IMG/VR virus record: IMGVR_UViG_3300005573_001035
Location: 73,620 to 137,619 of that record
Origin: a virus
Reading direction: 5' to 3' (one strand)
DNA: 64,000 nucleotides
Made by a program: the position numbers and the translations under genes. This document shows positions 30,001 to 41,000 of the stretch, in pieces (positions within the stretch are counted from its first letter, which is position 1; every line of letters begins with the position of its first letter). A model generated the notes under the pieces. That model did no database searches. It worked only from the letters and a program-made list of their open reading frames with translations, and had not been told where the DNA came from.

Positions 30001-31163
30001 AAAAAATCACAAGCTATCTAGATAGTTTATTCTCTGGGGTGAAAGACAAACTGACATCGATAATGGGGGAAATCTCTCCGGTTATTTCCAAGTTTAGTAA
30101 TTTCTTAGACATAGCTCAAAGATTTATAGAAGAAAAAGCAACCCCATTTATAACGAGTCTACTCGAAGAAGGCAAAGCCCTACCACAAAAACTAGGGTTG
30201 AAAAAACCTAAGTCTCCATTAGAAAACATATTTGATACGTTAAGAAACCTTCCTCAGAAATTAGGAGCAAAAGAACCTAGTGCGTCTCCATTCGAAAACT
30301 TGTTTGATAAGATAAGAAACCTTCCTCAGAAATTAGGAGCAAAAGAACCTAGTGCGTCTCCATTCGAAAACTTGTTTGATAAGATAAGAAACGTTCCTCA
30401 AAAATTAGGGTTAGAACCTAAGTCTCTATTAGAAAACATACTTGATACGATAAGAAACGCTCCTCAGAAATTAGGGTTAAAACCCAAGTCTCCACTAGAA
30501 AACATATTTGATACGTTAAGAAATCTTCCTCAAAAACTAGGAGCAAAAGAACCCACTACGTCCCCAATAGAAGACTTAGAAAGATTCTTAGGCCTAAGAA
30601 AAACACCCTTAGAAAAAGCTAAAGAGAAGATCGAAGAAATAAGACTAGAACCCGTACTCAGAAGGTCCTCCGATTTTATATCAGATGTAGCAGATCTTGT
30701 AAAATCTTCAATAGAAAAAGGAACAACCAGAATCGAAGACATCTGGGCCCTAGCTAAGAAAGATCTATCTGAAACTGATATTCGGTCGGGTCTTTTGTAC
30801 CAAATCATGCTTCAAGTACAAAGAGATTTCGTAATGGAGCAAATGCAAGAAGGGACAATTCCATTTCCCCAGGGCCTGTTTTCTAGTAGTCAATCAGCCA
30901 AGATTCAATCTGAGCAAATTCGAATACTACGAAACATCGAAAACAAACTAACTCCAAAGCCTACGGTTGAAAGTGGAGGTAGCAAGGAGGGAGGAAGTTC
31001 ATCTACCTCAATCAACCAGAATATCTTAACTAACCAGATAAGCAACAATTCTATAATCAATCGTGGAGTTGCAAGAGAAAGTAAAGCAGGTATCCCGAGC
31101 CCAGCAGATGCATTGCAGTTTGGGAATCTAAGCGAGAGCTACATTCCTAGTATAGTGCAATAG
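27033..31163 (+). CDS. Tape-measure-like long helical tail protein
   Basis: 1376 aa, helical; LQHGGVV...AKIHAAEVIGP motif; amphipathic GRFLP repeats. Confidence 0.6.
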   Translation: MPISAPKDPKLKALVSKLDRAKKITAMATAQRKAALKESKFPTGNTEVRAIKKAGIEAATRVRKTTASRRVPESPEVVTQIATAAVEVSKVSANLVERLGEISAKIVKATAQNLGKAVSDYSKAISEDISVNKRNLMALSLSAISPIAGYFASKFFETEFFQNIKNKFKEKASDVLSLIGEKIRTVLSKIPVVKSFVAGISKVSRAEKTEEIPQLQHGGVVKKAGLAKIHAAEVIGPIDKVIPFTNRKWRRELIGDALSQIGKLSGIKIGFNKLSKYLTKQVFGIFSAIGARIGRWKQTYEMFMARFPIFRDIKEWTGAMYKFISSPFRFLFKVRGYTYAKDIMRKGSLLEQMVHILATTYVSTMYRYDYLLAYLRQATYRLGIIAQLKDPSVQEPSGPMGWRIAGKVTGGLLFLPSLLIKALLGWGGPLKLSKRLLRGKRRTTIKSPFWYTALPESFESEWGPTQPQTINQILVLVGESGLKLLRKRKQGLIGLTSGITTESKQKALPSPPYPTPLLVTEAELHALRSKKGTIIEILSEIVSGIRKKLSEEKKTLAKTIRSKLEDITGGIKKDLLKKKETLPKILTTVLTRTTSPFSKKISAFITAALDFFKKFGALSKSLARKGGSYFFKILGVLGSLASSVFGFLGSVGMRFLSLAVGRFLPSVGRLFPFVGRFFPLIGRFLPLIGGFLGRFLPFVVARIPLLTALLGAGKFYSELSKEETPREKAFREKYNIPKAGMAGVSAFSTIGSLVGLDLEKEMKEADEAISNIDKKRQESNQIFLEKKISQMSPAARDAFEKQLRQTAAERGPQAAVEALLKLRRDGLLISKDQKLYVAGELDITPIKEKAKQTVQSKIEEASEKANQIISKGIKITEDIKHKLEQEGVVEKVNKIKEQALDKLKSSAEKIKKLKKEGDIWSDYPYELGMPPEEATSDKIKRIAERQAKEGYNIAKESIEKTYNELVSDTYKQIEKLFSINIKQAFSEGSEKITSYLDSLFSGVKDKLTSIMGEISPVISKFSNFLDIAQRFIEEKATPFITSLLEEGKALPQKLGLKKPKSPLENIFDTLRNLPQKLGAKEPSASPFENLFDKIRNLPQKLGAKEPSASPFENLFDKIRNVPQKLGLEPKSLLENILDTIRNAPQKLGLKPKSPLENIFDTLRNLPQKLGAKEPTTSPIEDLERFLGLRKTPLEKAKEKIEEIRLEPVLRRSSDFISDVADLVKSSIEKGTTRIEDIWALAKKDLSETDIRSGLLYQIMLQVQRDFVMEQMQEGTIPFPQGLFSSSQSAKIQSEQIRILRNIENKLTPKPTVESGGSKEGGSSSTSINQNILTNQISNNSIINRGVARESKAGIPSPADALQFGNLSESYIPSIVQ
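30175..30560 (+). repeat. Six 22-24 aa PQKLG repeats in the tape-measure-like gene
   Basis: LPQKLG(A/L)K...SP(L/F)EN(I/L)FD(T/K)(L/I)RN; two copies form a near-exact 72-nt duplication. Confidence 0.9.
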
Positions 31164-31192
31164 AAAACTTCTAAGAAAGAGGTCTAAAAAAC

Positions 31193-32302
31193 ATGGTTCA
31201 AATACCAAAAATCATAGGCTTTCCTCCAGACCAGGTCATAGAAGGCCAGAATATGCTAATAAATTCTATTCCAATAATGATGCTTAAACCCTGTCTTCCT
31301 GAATTTGAAGCGGGAATACAGTTATTCAGATTAAGCCCTTCTATGGATAAGTACAACGAGAGGTTGAGCCAGTATGGATTTTCCTTTGGGGGTGATAATT
31401 GGATTAGAATAGCATTTAGACCAGAATCATTTACGGAAGATTTTTCTGCCGAGTACGGAGAAACATTCTTTTCAAAATTAACTGATGTGGTTAGTGGGGG
31501 CTTAGCAGATCTTGCCTATATACTAGGAACCAGAACCGCCGGTGAGGCCGGACGAAAAGTGGTTAGCCCAGAAAGTGCTCAAGGCAAGATAATCAGAGAA
31601 ACAGAAGAACAAATTGCAAGAACGGCTGGTGAGTTCCTAGGCGAAAGCGCTGTAGAGAAGCTCAGTAAAGCGCTTCATATGGTTGGTCAGGCCCTAGCAG
31701 GACAAAGATTTCAATTTCCATTGGTTTGGAAAAACAGTGCCTTTTCTCCATCTTACGATGTCACGATCACCCTCTATAATCCAAAACCAAAAGATCCAGA
31801 ATCTACCAGGAAGTACATAGTTGGACCCTTAGTAGCATTATTACTATTCACGGTACCCCAATCCGAGGATGGTACCATGTATAGTTGGCCATTTTTGTGC
31901 GAAGCTAAATGCCCAGGAATCTTCTATCTTCGAGCCGGTTGTGTAACCTCCGTCAATATTACGAAAAACATAGAGCAATATACCGCTTATAACCAACAAT
32001 TGGGCATCGTAGAGGTAAGAATTAGTCTCAGATCTTTGTACTCAGTTCTAGTCGATTGTGGGTCTACTCTAGGAGGAGCTCTTCCAAGACTCCACGACTA
32101 TGTCGAAGTCATGAAAGAAACAAAAGAAACCCGCCCAGTTCATAGTCTTGGATCTTCACCTAGTGATCAAAGAGGAGGAAAAGGAGGCCGGTTAAGCCAG
32201 TTAGGGGCTTCTGCTCAACCCTTAACTAGATCTTCTGATTTTAACGAGGAGCCAAAGAGCAGAGTATCTCCACAGGACCAAGCCATAGCAAAGTTATTTT
32301 AA
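31193..32302 (+). CDS. Putative baseplate/tail-tube initiator (gp48/gp54-like)
   Basis: Follows the tape measure gene; FPLVWKNSAFSPSYDVTITLYNP...WPFLC...VTSVNITK. Confidence 0.45.
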   Translation: MVQIPKIIGFPPDQVIEGQNMLINSIPIMMLKPCLPEFEAGIQLFRLSPSMDKYNERLSQYGFSFGGDNWIRIAFRPESFTEDFSAEYGETFFSKLTDVVSGGLADLAYILGTRTAGEAGRKVVSPESAQGKIIRETEEQIARTAGEFLGESAVEKLSKALHMVGQALAGQRFQFPLVWKNSAFSPSYDVTITLYNPKPKDPESTRKYIVGPLVALLLFTVPQSEDGTMYSWPFLCEAKCPGIFYLRAGCVTSVNITKNIEQYTAYNQQLGIVEVRISLRSLYSVLVDCGSTLGGALPRLHDYVEVMKETKETRPVHSLGSSPSDQRGGKGGRLSQLGASAQPLTRSSDFNEEPKSRVSPQDQAIAKLF

Positions 32303-32316
32303 TGTGCTTGGGAGTC

Positions 32317-33504
32317 CTATGGTTTTTTCGTGCTATTGGGAGTGGGGAAGAAGCATAGCTTATTCCTACAATATAGAACCAAGTACAACGCAATAAACCA
32401 TCGGAATAAAGCCATTGTTTGGGAACTTATAGTATAGCCCCTAGGGTATAAGGCTAAGAGAAGATCTGTACAGAGTTCATCGATTTGTTGCTTAAAGTAA
32501 ATAGGTTTCTTTGAAGTTTTAACTGATAGCAATCTTCGAGTAAAATCTAACATTTCTGGATTGCAAAATAGTCGATAGTCTTTAATCTCAGAAAATAACA
32601 AAGACAAAATAATTTCTAACTTATCTGTATAGGCGTGGGTTGATAATTTCTGGATAGATTTTCTCGCTAAATCAATTCCAATTCCAGTTCTATTCTTAGC
32701 CTGAATCAACGCTTCCTCGTCTATCGATGAGTAAATTGTAATCCTTTCCACTATGCTTCGAATAAAAGCTTTTCTTCGAACCTCGTTTGTAATATCTACC
32801 TGGATACCGAAAGGAGCCTGCTCTGGACTATAATCGGTTGTGACGGTGGTTCCAAGTTTCTTCCTTTGAATATCATAGTACATAGCCAGAAACGATTTCA
32901 AAGAAATTGACACCCTAGTTCTAGTCTCCCTCACAAGAAAACTAAACAGATTCGCACCCAAGATCCTATCTTTCTTGTTCAAGAAAGTCTTAAATTCTAG
33001 TTCATACTTCCTAGAGATTTCGGAAGCTAAGTGGTCTAAGGCTCCACTAATACCTCCTTTCTTTCTAAAGAGATGGGTTTTAGGAATGAGTTGTAAGGCG
33101 AGGGAAAAAGCATCTGGGTTACAGTACTTAAGGCTCTTATGCAAGAAATTCGAATAATGTAAAATTACAAGTAGAAGCAGCGAAGTCTTATACATGCTCA
33201 TATCACCAACTGACAAAAAAGAGCCAGCCAAAGAAACTAAAAGATAAGAATCTGGATTTCGTTCTAGTTTCCAATGTTCTTTAATTTTACTTCCAGCAAA
33301 AAAGGAATCCATCGAGTTGAGGATAGCCGAAGGACTAATTCCTAACTCCCTAGTAAGTTGCAAAGAAAATTCTCTAAACTTTGGGTAGAAACACGCTCCA
33401 GATAAAGAGGCAAGATCCGATGCAGCTTTCTTAACAATTAAGATTCGTACATTTCTTTGGGTCGATATAGGAGAAGAAACAATTTTTGTAATTAGATCAA
33501 GCAT
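32317..33504 (-). CDS. Hypothetical protein
   Basis: 395-aa ORF converging on the plus-strand island. Confidence 0.7.
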   Translation of the reverse strand: MLDLITKIVSSPISTQRNVRILIVKKAASDLASLSGACFYPKFREFSLQLTRELGISPSAILNSMDSFFAGSKIKEHWKLERNPDSYLLVSLAGSFLSVGDMSMYKTSLLLLVILHYSNFLHKSLKYCNPDAFSLALQLIPKTHLFRKKGGISGALDHLASEISRKYELEFKTFLNKKDRILGANLFSFLVRETRTRVSISLKSFLAMYYDIQRKKLGTTVTTDYSPEQAPFGIQVDITNEVRRKAFIRSIVERITIYSSIDEEALIQAKNRTGIGIDLARKSIQKLSTHAYTDKLEIILSLLFSEIKDYRLFCNPEMLDFTRRLLSVKTSKKPIYFKQQIDELCTDLLLALYPRGYTISSQTMALFRWFIALYLVLYCRNKLCFFPTPNSTKKP

Positions 33505-33570
33505 CTTTTTTTGACTCTCTCTTTTCTATATGTGTGTAGTCTAGCATATGTATACTGTACATAAAAGTTC

Positions 33571-34365
33571 TTACGATTTAACTTGGCTAGATAATACGGT
33601 AATCGTTATGTCACTTTCTGTAAAATATAAGAACTCAGGAACATATTCTAACAGTTCCTGCTCGGATAAATCCTCTAGAGTATAATTATAAAAGATATTG
33701 CATCGTGGTTCAATAAGCCTAACGTGCTCCACCCCATCTATGTTATGACAGACATCAATAATTTCAGATCGAAACAGGCTTTTCTGAATTCCGAAACGAG
33801 ACTTAAAGGACTTAACCAAAGTTTCCTTCACAGTAGGAATCAATAGAACCTCCGAAACTGGAGACAGAGGTTCCCTAACAAGTTCCAAAGAAATCTTTAG
33901 AGGAATCGTAAACTCTGGAACTACCCACCCTAGATCACCGAAAACGTATTTCTTCTTTTTACTTCGTACGTACACAATGTCATCTACCTTTGGCTGTATG
34001 AAGCTCCATTGCATAGTTGGAGTTACTTGCTCTAGCTGAGCGATCATATCTTTCTTACCTTGCCATGGTCCACCCTCAGCGCCCGAGACAATGTAACGAT
34101 CTCCTACGGTTCCGCTTGAAGGAACTTGCTTTAAGTCCATATCCAACACATCTTGCTGTGTAACTCGATTGTATTGCATATTTCGCATAGTACCATAACA
34201 ATTCGCAAATTTTAAGTTTACGAAATCAGTTAACATCCTGTACTTAGAAAATGTTGCGCTCTTTAAGAGTTTCTGAATAATATTTAGCTCAAAAGCCTTC
34301 TTGTCGATGGAATCATAATAAGATTTTAGAATAACAGGAACATCGTAGACGATGATTTTTGACAC
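33571..34365 (-). CDS. Baseplate wedge (gp6/baseplate-J) C-terminal module with a DUF2793-like insert
   Basis: LFRSEIIDVCHNIDGVEHVRLIEP; PSSGTVGDRYIV...WQGK..MIAQ...WSFIQP; own AGGAGG SD. Confidence 0.6.
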   Translation of the reverse strand: MSKIIVYDVPVILKSYYDSIDKKAFELNIIQKLLKSATFSKYRMLTDFVNLKFANCYGTMRNMQYNRVTQQDVLDMDLKQVPSSGTVGDRYIVSGAEGGPWQGKKDMIAQLEQVTPTMQWSFIQPKVDDIVYVRSKKKKYVFGDLGWVVPEFTIPLKISLELVREPLSPVSEVLLIPTVKETLVKSFKSRFGIQKSLFRSEIIDVCHNIDGVEHVRLIEPRCNIFYNYTLEDLSEQELLEYVPEFLYFTESDITITVLSSQVKS

Positions 34366-34389
34366 TAGATAGTTCCTCCTTCTTGTTTT

Positions 34390-37300
34390 TTATTGTAGTA
34401 TGTACTTAGTTCCAATAGCTAACTTAGACCAATCTCCTAGCGAGTAGTAAGAACCGAATGGAACATCCCAGTAAACAAAGAAATCAGAACTTGGAATTTG
34501 CTCAGTTTTAGTCCCATCCTGAGTTCTGTAGGTTATTCGGAGATTAACTCCTGTTGATTGGTCTAGAACAAAAACGGTATTAGAATTATCTTCTTGCGTT
34601 TCTATGAAAAGGACAATTGGAAATACATCCCACGTAAAAGGAATAGTAACGGGAGAGGTAGAATCGAGAACATAACTCACTAATTCCTGTATTACTGGAG
34701 TAATATCAATGGTTAGTTCGATACTTGTGGTTGCGTCATTAAAAACAACCTCTTTCTCTACATAGGTGCTGGTTTTACTTCTAGAAATGAAATCTTGTGG
34801 AGAACTAAATAAATCTGGATGAGAACTCAGCTCAGCTCGGATTCGAAAAGTAACTTTTCGGTCCTCTTCCACTAAATCTTGGTCTAAGTTATTGCCCCCT
34901 GAGATAGGAACTAGGTCTATGGAATCAAATTTAGGAGTTGCTTCTTGAACTTTCATATTGATCTCGGCTTTTGTTAAATCTTGTATCCAAGACCAAGTGT
35001 AGCGAATATATTCGGTCGAAGTTTGAATCACTTCTTTCAGTCCTGTTGTTGCTTGGGTCCAACCCCTGTTGACACCCCAGTCAGACATGGAGCACGCAAG
35101 ATTTAGAGAACTTCCATCAAACCAAAACACGTTGTTAAGATTATCCTCTCCAGCTGAACTATAGGCCATAGCGCCACCGTATCTAGAGTTCGAGCAACTA
35201 GCACCACCAGCAATTCTATCTAAAAGGGTCCCAATAAAACTTGCAGATCCGGAAGAAACTAATGAAAATTCCTCCATATCAAAATAATATTCATCTCCCG
35301 TTCCATCAGTTATTCCTCCAAATAAAGTGCAAGTATAAGGACTATCGTACACGTATGACCCAGCTCTGCTAGCTTGTAAAGATCCCCAATAAGATCCCAC
35401 TCCTTCAGATCCCGCATACAAAACCTCAATATCCGATACATTCGCCACAATACTGGTAGTATCAAAAAATTGTGTCACTCCCCCAATAACAAAACAATCT
35501 CCAACATAACTTTCAGCCGCGTTAGAAATACCTCTCGCATATGAAAGAGACGCCGTACTGGTAGTTAGCGTTCGATCATCATAGAGATCCAAAACCACGT
35601 CCGTAAATAATGAGTTATCTACTCTAAAACCACCAACAACAGTAATCTTACCATACGCAGTAGTAAAAGAAACTGGCCAAAGAAGGCCATTACTTAAACT
35701 AGTAGTCCATGTAGACCAAGTATCATCTGGCAGATAATAGAACGTTACTTCTAAAACTGAGTCGGTTAGATCTGGAACCGTCGTGAATGCACTAAAAGAA
35801 TCAACCCAACTATGTGATCCACCAATAAAAACCGCCTCGGAGCCTCCAGAAATGCATGAGGCAGTCCCAGCAAGTCTTCCACCCCAGTATAGGTCATTGT
35901 TTGTAACCAAGACCTCTTTAGTGGTAAAAGATATGATAGAGAGTCGATTAAAAGAGTAGCCACCTAATTCTGTGCATCCTCCATGAAAAATCCCAACATC
36001 GTACCAATGGACAGTCTGGACTTCTTCCGCTCTCCATAGATTTAATGGCCCAATATTGTATTCTCGGCCGTAAGGGGCTCCAGAAAAACGAAACCCCAAA
36101 GTGCTGCTCGATTGAACTCGAAAAGTGCTTCTCATCACAGGAAACAAGTCTACAGATAATCGAAAATTTGTAAGGGCTTTCGTTACTAGTTCGGAACTAA
36201 TAATGGAAGTTGAATCCTCGACTACTAGAAAACCAAAATTAATCTCAGCTTGAATCTCTTCTCCTGTAATAGCCCTAGGGGTTGGAACAAGGTCAATATT
36301 GGTAAAAGATGTTTCAAAGAATTCGTCTGACCCCTCGCTAAGTTCAATTTCTGAGTTCGTATCCAAGAATTTAATCTTGCAAAACCACTTATAAGAATAA
36401 TCTTCATTCGTTAATTCTGGAAGCTCATTTTGGTCTCTTTTCACATTAACTCGGAACTTTGTGGGACTTCCAGAATATGTAACAAAAGATATAAGGCCTG
36501 ACTCATAATCCGGATTTTGATATATGACATTGGGACTTATGATTTGATTTTTAAGAGGAAGAAGATACTTGAACTGGTTAGACCTAGTACTGAATACTCC
36601 TGCAAAGATCGAAGTGTAGAATTCTCCATCAATTTTAAATACCTGATCGGAAGGAATAAAGAAAAACTCGTTACCAGGATCTAGACCAAAAGTAAAGTTA
36701 AAAGCAAGCTTCTCAGTCCTAAAAGGAACTAAGGTTTCTTGCATCTTAGACGTGATGATATCGTATGTTTCTGATTTCGCAATTATGTATTCTTGGATAT
36801 CATTTATCTGAGTATCAGATCTTTTAAGAATAGGAATACACTGATCATAAGAGGTTTCTCGATCCACAACTTGAAGATTCTTATAGTCATTCGTAGAAAC
36901 AAGCTTAAAAATAGTGCTTATATGTTGAAGAGAATTATAGCGAACCGTTTCTAGATCTTCTTCATCTTTCCCACCAGAACTAGGAAATGGATTCCCTACC
37001 ATCAAAGATACGGTCCTAGAAACGGGACCATCTTGAACCTTAACTTGGCTTTGTAAACTAGTTATAGAATATGCTGGAACATTACCCATGGATCCCATAG
37101 TTTCATAGATCTTAACTCGGACTTTAGATCCAGGGGGAGGTTGTTTTCCTATAAGAGAGTTGCCAAAAAAGATTCGAACTAGTTTTTCATTTCCCCCAGT
37201 AGAAACTCTTTTGTAGACAAAACCCTCGCTATCTGATAAAAGAAGAAACAAACTACTATACTTCTTATAAGGAATCCAAGTTGCCGAACCGGTTTCTAAG

Positions 37301-37983
37301 ACCTCAACCTCAACATCATATAATTGATTAGAATATAAGAAATCCATCGTTAAGAATTGGTATGGTTTTATATCAGAGGGAATTGTGGTAAAGTAAACTT
37401 TCTCATCTAATTGTTTAATAGAAGTTGAGAATATAACGTACGGAGCATCATTCGTGGTGGTATCTAGAACAAACGGCAAAGATTGAGATTCAGATGTATC
37501 TGGATCTATCTCGGTTACACTCTTGGGGTAGCCTCCAGAAATTTCTATTAGAATATCTTTAGGAATTCGAAATACAATGTCGTTCGAATTGTATTGAGAG
37601 GTAACAGCGGTTCCTTTTGGAATTTGAATTGTAATCTGAGGTGAAGCAAAATCTAATCTTAGAGCAATGTTTAGTTGCGTTTCGCTATAATATGCATTTT
37701 TAGGAGAGTACGCAACAAATGCTGCCAAATTATAGATGCTCTCTGGCAGCTTTGCTTGGGTAAGAAAAAACTCTCTGTACGAAACCAAAGAATAAAAAAG
37801 CTGGTTAATAGATAGTTCAGATAGAATCTTACATATAGAATAAATGACCGGAGTCTTAGAAACATCAATATTCTCAACTTCTAAGTAACTTTTTACATAG
37901 TCCCTAATGTAAGAATAGATTGTATCTTTATTTAGTGCAATCTCCTCGCTAACTAGCGAGACAGGAAAAGTTTTGTCAGACAC
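34390..37983 (-). CDS. gp6-like baseplate wedge, paralog B, with an appended Kelch-like acidic region
   Basis: REFFLTQAKLPESIYNLAAFVAYSP, IFFGNSLIGKQP, SSGGKDEEDLE; later FIGG/VVGG/VIGG/LFGG repeats. Confidence 0.75.
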   Translation of the reverse strand: MSDKTFPVSLVSEEIALNKDTIYSYIRDYVKSYLEVENIDVSKTPVIYSICKILSELSINQLFYSLVSYREFFLTQAKLPESIYNLAAFVAYSPKNAYYSETQLNIALRLDFASPQITIQIPKGTAVTSQYNSNDIVFRIPKDILIEISGGYPKSVTEIDPDTSESQSLPFVLDTTTNDAPYVIFSTSIKQLDEKVYFTTIPSDIKPYQFLTMDFLYSNQLYDVEVEVLETGSATWIPYKKYSSLFLLLSDSEGFVYKRVSTGGNEKLVRIFFGNSLIGKQPPPGSKVRVKIYETMGSMGNVPAYSITSLQSQVKVQDGPVSRTVSLMVGNPFPSSGGKDEEDLETVRYNSLQHISTIFKLVSTNDYKNLQVVDRETSYDQCIPILKRSDTQINDIQEYIIAKSETYDIITSKMQETLVPFRTEKLAFNFTFGLDPGNEFFFIPSDQVFKIDGEFYTSIFAGVFSTRSNQFKYLLPLKNQIISPNVIYQNPDYESGLISFVTYSGSPTKFRVNVKRDQNELPELTNEDYSYKWFCKIKFLDTNSEIELSEGSDEFFETSFTNIDLVPTPRAITGEEIQAEINFGFLVVEDSTSIISSELVTKALTNFRLSVDLFPVMRSTFRVQSSSTLGFRFSGAPYGREYNIGPLNLWRAEEVQTVHWYDVGIFHGGCTELGGYSFNRLSIISFTTKEVLVTNNDLYWGGRLAGTASCISGGSEAVFIGGSHSWVDSFSAFTTVPDLTDSVLEVTFYYLPDDTWSTWTTSLSNGLLWPVSFTTAYGKITVVGGFRVDNSLFTDVVLDLYDDRTLTTSTASLSYARGISNAAESYVGDCFVIGGVTQFFDTTSIVANVSDIEVLYAGSEGVGSYWGSLQASRAGSYVYDSPYTCTLFGGITDGTGDEYYFDMEEFSLVSSGSASFIGTLLDRIAGGASCSNSRYGGAMAYSSAGEDNLNNVFWFDGSSLNLACSMSDWGVNRGWTQATTGLKEVIQTSTEYIRYTWSWIQDLTKAEINMKVQEATPKFDSIDLVPISGGNNLDQDLVEEDRKVTFRIRAELSSHPDLFSSPQDFISRSKTSTYVEKEVVFNDATTSIELTIDITPVIQELVSYVLDSTSPVTIPFTWDVFPIVLFIETQEDNSNTVFVLDQSTGVNLRITYRTQDGTKTEQIPSSDFFVYWDVPFGSYYSLGDWSKLAIGTKYILQ

Positions 37984-38039
37984 AATTCTTTCTCCCCCTA
38001 GTTTAAGAAAACTTATGGAACTTTCATTTTACCTCTTTT

Positions 38040-41000
38040 CTACATACTACAAGCATCTGGGTTCAAAGATCCAGTAATATCGATATCTAAATCTGCTATC
38101 TGCTGAGTTAAAGACCCAGAAGAAAAATCAATAGTAAAAACAGAGCTAACATAATTGCTGGTTCCAACGGGTTTTCGGACCATACCACAACCTTTATCCA
38201 GAGAACGACTAGCCTGAGAACTAGAAACTGCCCCTAACCCATAAGGCTGAGAGGAAGACAAGAAACTAAGTTGTAGCAATCCAGATGCAATTTCTCCAGT
38301 TGCGAAAGAAATTTCATCCATGTAACTATAAGTCCAAGAACTAGATCCAGTTAAGGCCCCTAGCAAGTAAGAAGAAAACCTATTGCTCATGCTCCTAGTA
38401 ATGCAAGCTAAAGATAAAGATCCCATCTGTTGCACAGAGGTATAGTTATTAACAAACTTCTCACAAGTCGAAAGATACAAAAGATTAGGGCTTACACTAC
38501 TTACACCCCCAAGAATGTAAAAAGATGGATTAGAATCATAATCAAAATTACAAGCAATGGCATGTCCAGCTCTTGCTCCTAAACAAAGATTGCCAAATGC
38601 AGTGCTTGAAGACCAGATACCAATCTTAGAAATATTACTTAGAGTTGTAGTTCCAGAGCCTCCCACGCCCCCACAATGGAAACCAATCTCATTGGTGCCA
38701 GGAGAGTACATTTGGGCAGCAGCCCATTTAGTGGTAGCGGTGAGAAGTGGGTATCCAGAACTCACAACATAATTGGAATTAAGTTTCTGCCCAGTGGTTG
38801 TAGAAACCGTCCCACTTGAATCGGAACTCCCGCCAAGCAAAAGAACTATATCGGAATAAGTTTTATTTGTAGCTGCCAACCCGTACCTAGTACCTCCCGA
38901 ACTAGCAAGAGTCCCTGTTTTAGATTGGGTATACAGATTATAAGTTGTGAAATTCCAGGAACTAGATGACTGAATCCCCGGATGCACAAACTTTGTGTAA
39001 AGCATATCAAGATCTAAAACAAGGATATTCTGAGATAGAACCATTCTAATGGTTTCTCTTGAAAGACCAAGTACAAATTGCTTCCTCCCACGACCAATCT
39101 CAGAATAGTACGTTGGATCAGCAAAACTTGGTGTGATTGTTTCCTGGCCAGAAGCTAAATTTCCAGCATCTTCAATAAATGCATACTTGGCGCTTTGTAA
39201 GGAAAAAGAAACAATATCTTCTTGATCTTTAGCTTGGGGAGCATAGTAATTAAGCCAGAAGAATACTCCCCCATCCGCAACGCTAGTTGGTTGCCAAGAG
39301 ACAGTTGCTGACATATCAGAAAGCTGGGCTAGGTGAAAGTTGTTACATTGAAATGGGTCTACTAAGATGGTATCTGAATATTCTCCTATATATTGCCCAT
39401 AGATTGCGCAGACCCGAATATACTGAGGTTTTACCTTGTTCCTTACTATGTATGAGGTATCGGGTATGAAATAAGTATTCAAAGCAGTTTGAAAGTCAGG
39501 ATCTTCAGCAACTTGAACTTTATAAAGACTCGCCCCAAGGACTGGGTTCCAAGATAAAGAAATACTTCCATCAGAAACTTGAACTGAGGCTTGAAGATTC
39601 TCAACCCTCCCTAAGCCAAGAAACAATCTAGTGGGTTGGGCTGGAGTGACTGCAAGATCGGTTTCTCCATTCTGAGGAGTCTTAGATGTTATAAGTGCGT
39701 ATCTTTCAACCAAAGGAACAAGAGGAATGGTGACAGACGTTTCTTCTATATTCTCATACTTAGATAGATAGTTTTGAGGAGAAACGGAGGTGGAATCTGA
39801 GAGGTATATACAGTAGGAAACTTTGCTTTTAGAATCTAGTATGGGGTCCCAGAATAAAGTTACCGTCTTAGCTTGCGTATTATAGACTGGATCTTTAAGG
39901 GAGGGAGAAGGGGGAGGAGAAATAATAGGACTTAGCATCATCGTTTTAAGATTCATCGTAATTATACAATCCCACGAATAAGTGAACAATTTCTGGGTAC
40001 CTTGTAAATAGATGCTCAGTTGGAAATGAAGGTTTCCATCTGGAAAGTAACTATAATGAGGAGTAAGAATTGTAAATTTCTTATCCCCCGCAAAGTTAAT
40101 AGATCCAAGAGTCTTATTCCACTCTTTGACGAATAGGGTGGCAGTTGTCTGGTTGAAAGTTGGTTCTGTGGTGTCATACATGGCATCGATAACTACGGTG
40201 CCATCTTGATTCCTACTAATATGAATCTTACTAACCGATAAAGCATACTCTTGAGGGTAGAAATTTTGCATAGAATCAGGAGATAGTTCTATTTCAATAT
40301 CTGTAACTTTGTACGAGTACTCACAACACCCATTTACATAATCAAAGCTAAGATCAAAGGGAAGAATATACTCATCGTTATCATCCAGGGCAACAATCTG
40401 CGACCCTTGAGATAAAGATGAAGGTTTAGATGTGATATCTATTTGTACACTTCTAAGAGGCAACCAAGCAGAGTCGGAACTGGTTCCATCTACATAGTTA
40501 CAAGTGCTGGATAAGTAACAAAACACGCTGTTTCTATGAATTGGAGTTGTTTTGGCGATTACATACGAGTCAGAAAATGGAAAATCTTCCAACAAAGAAG
40601 GCATATTCTCAAAATCAAGATTCGTAACCAATCTAGACAACTCGGTTATACTATCAATAGCTTGGCGCCTGGTAATTTCTGGTAGCTCAGCGTCTTCTCC
40701 ACCACTAGCAGGAAACGGATTCGTAATAGAGAATTCTAGAAGTTGCAATTCCTGGGTTACTGGATCTTGAACAAAGATTCGATCACAGCTCTTTATTGAA
40801 CCGGCAATAACATTTCCCGCTGACCCCATGGTCTCCTCAACGGTAACTCGGACAGTAGATCCAGGCTGGGGTTGTTGACCGAGAAGGCTATTGCCAAAAT
40901 AGATCTTAAGATTATTTCCAGATCTTCTAACTACGTATCCCCGATCATAAGGGGACATAAGGAATAAGCTATAGAATTCTGTATATATCTCTGGTGTGGA

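Noticed and set aside
26028-30808. Minus-strand ORFs within the plus-strand island, and plus-strand ORFs elsewhere such as 6164..6808
   Set aside because: Antisense to well-supported genes and without recognisable motifs
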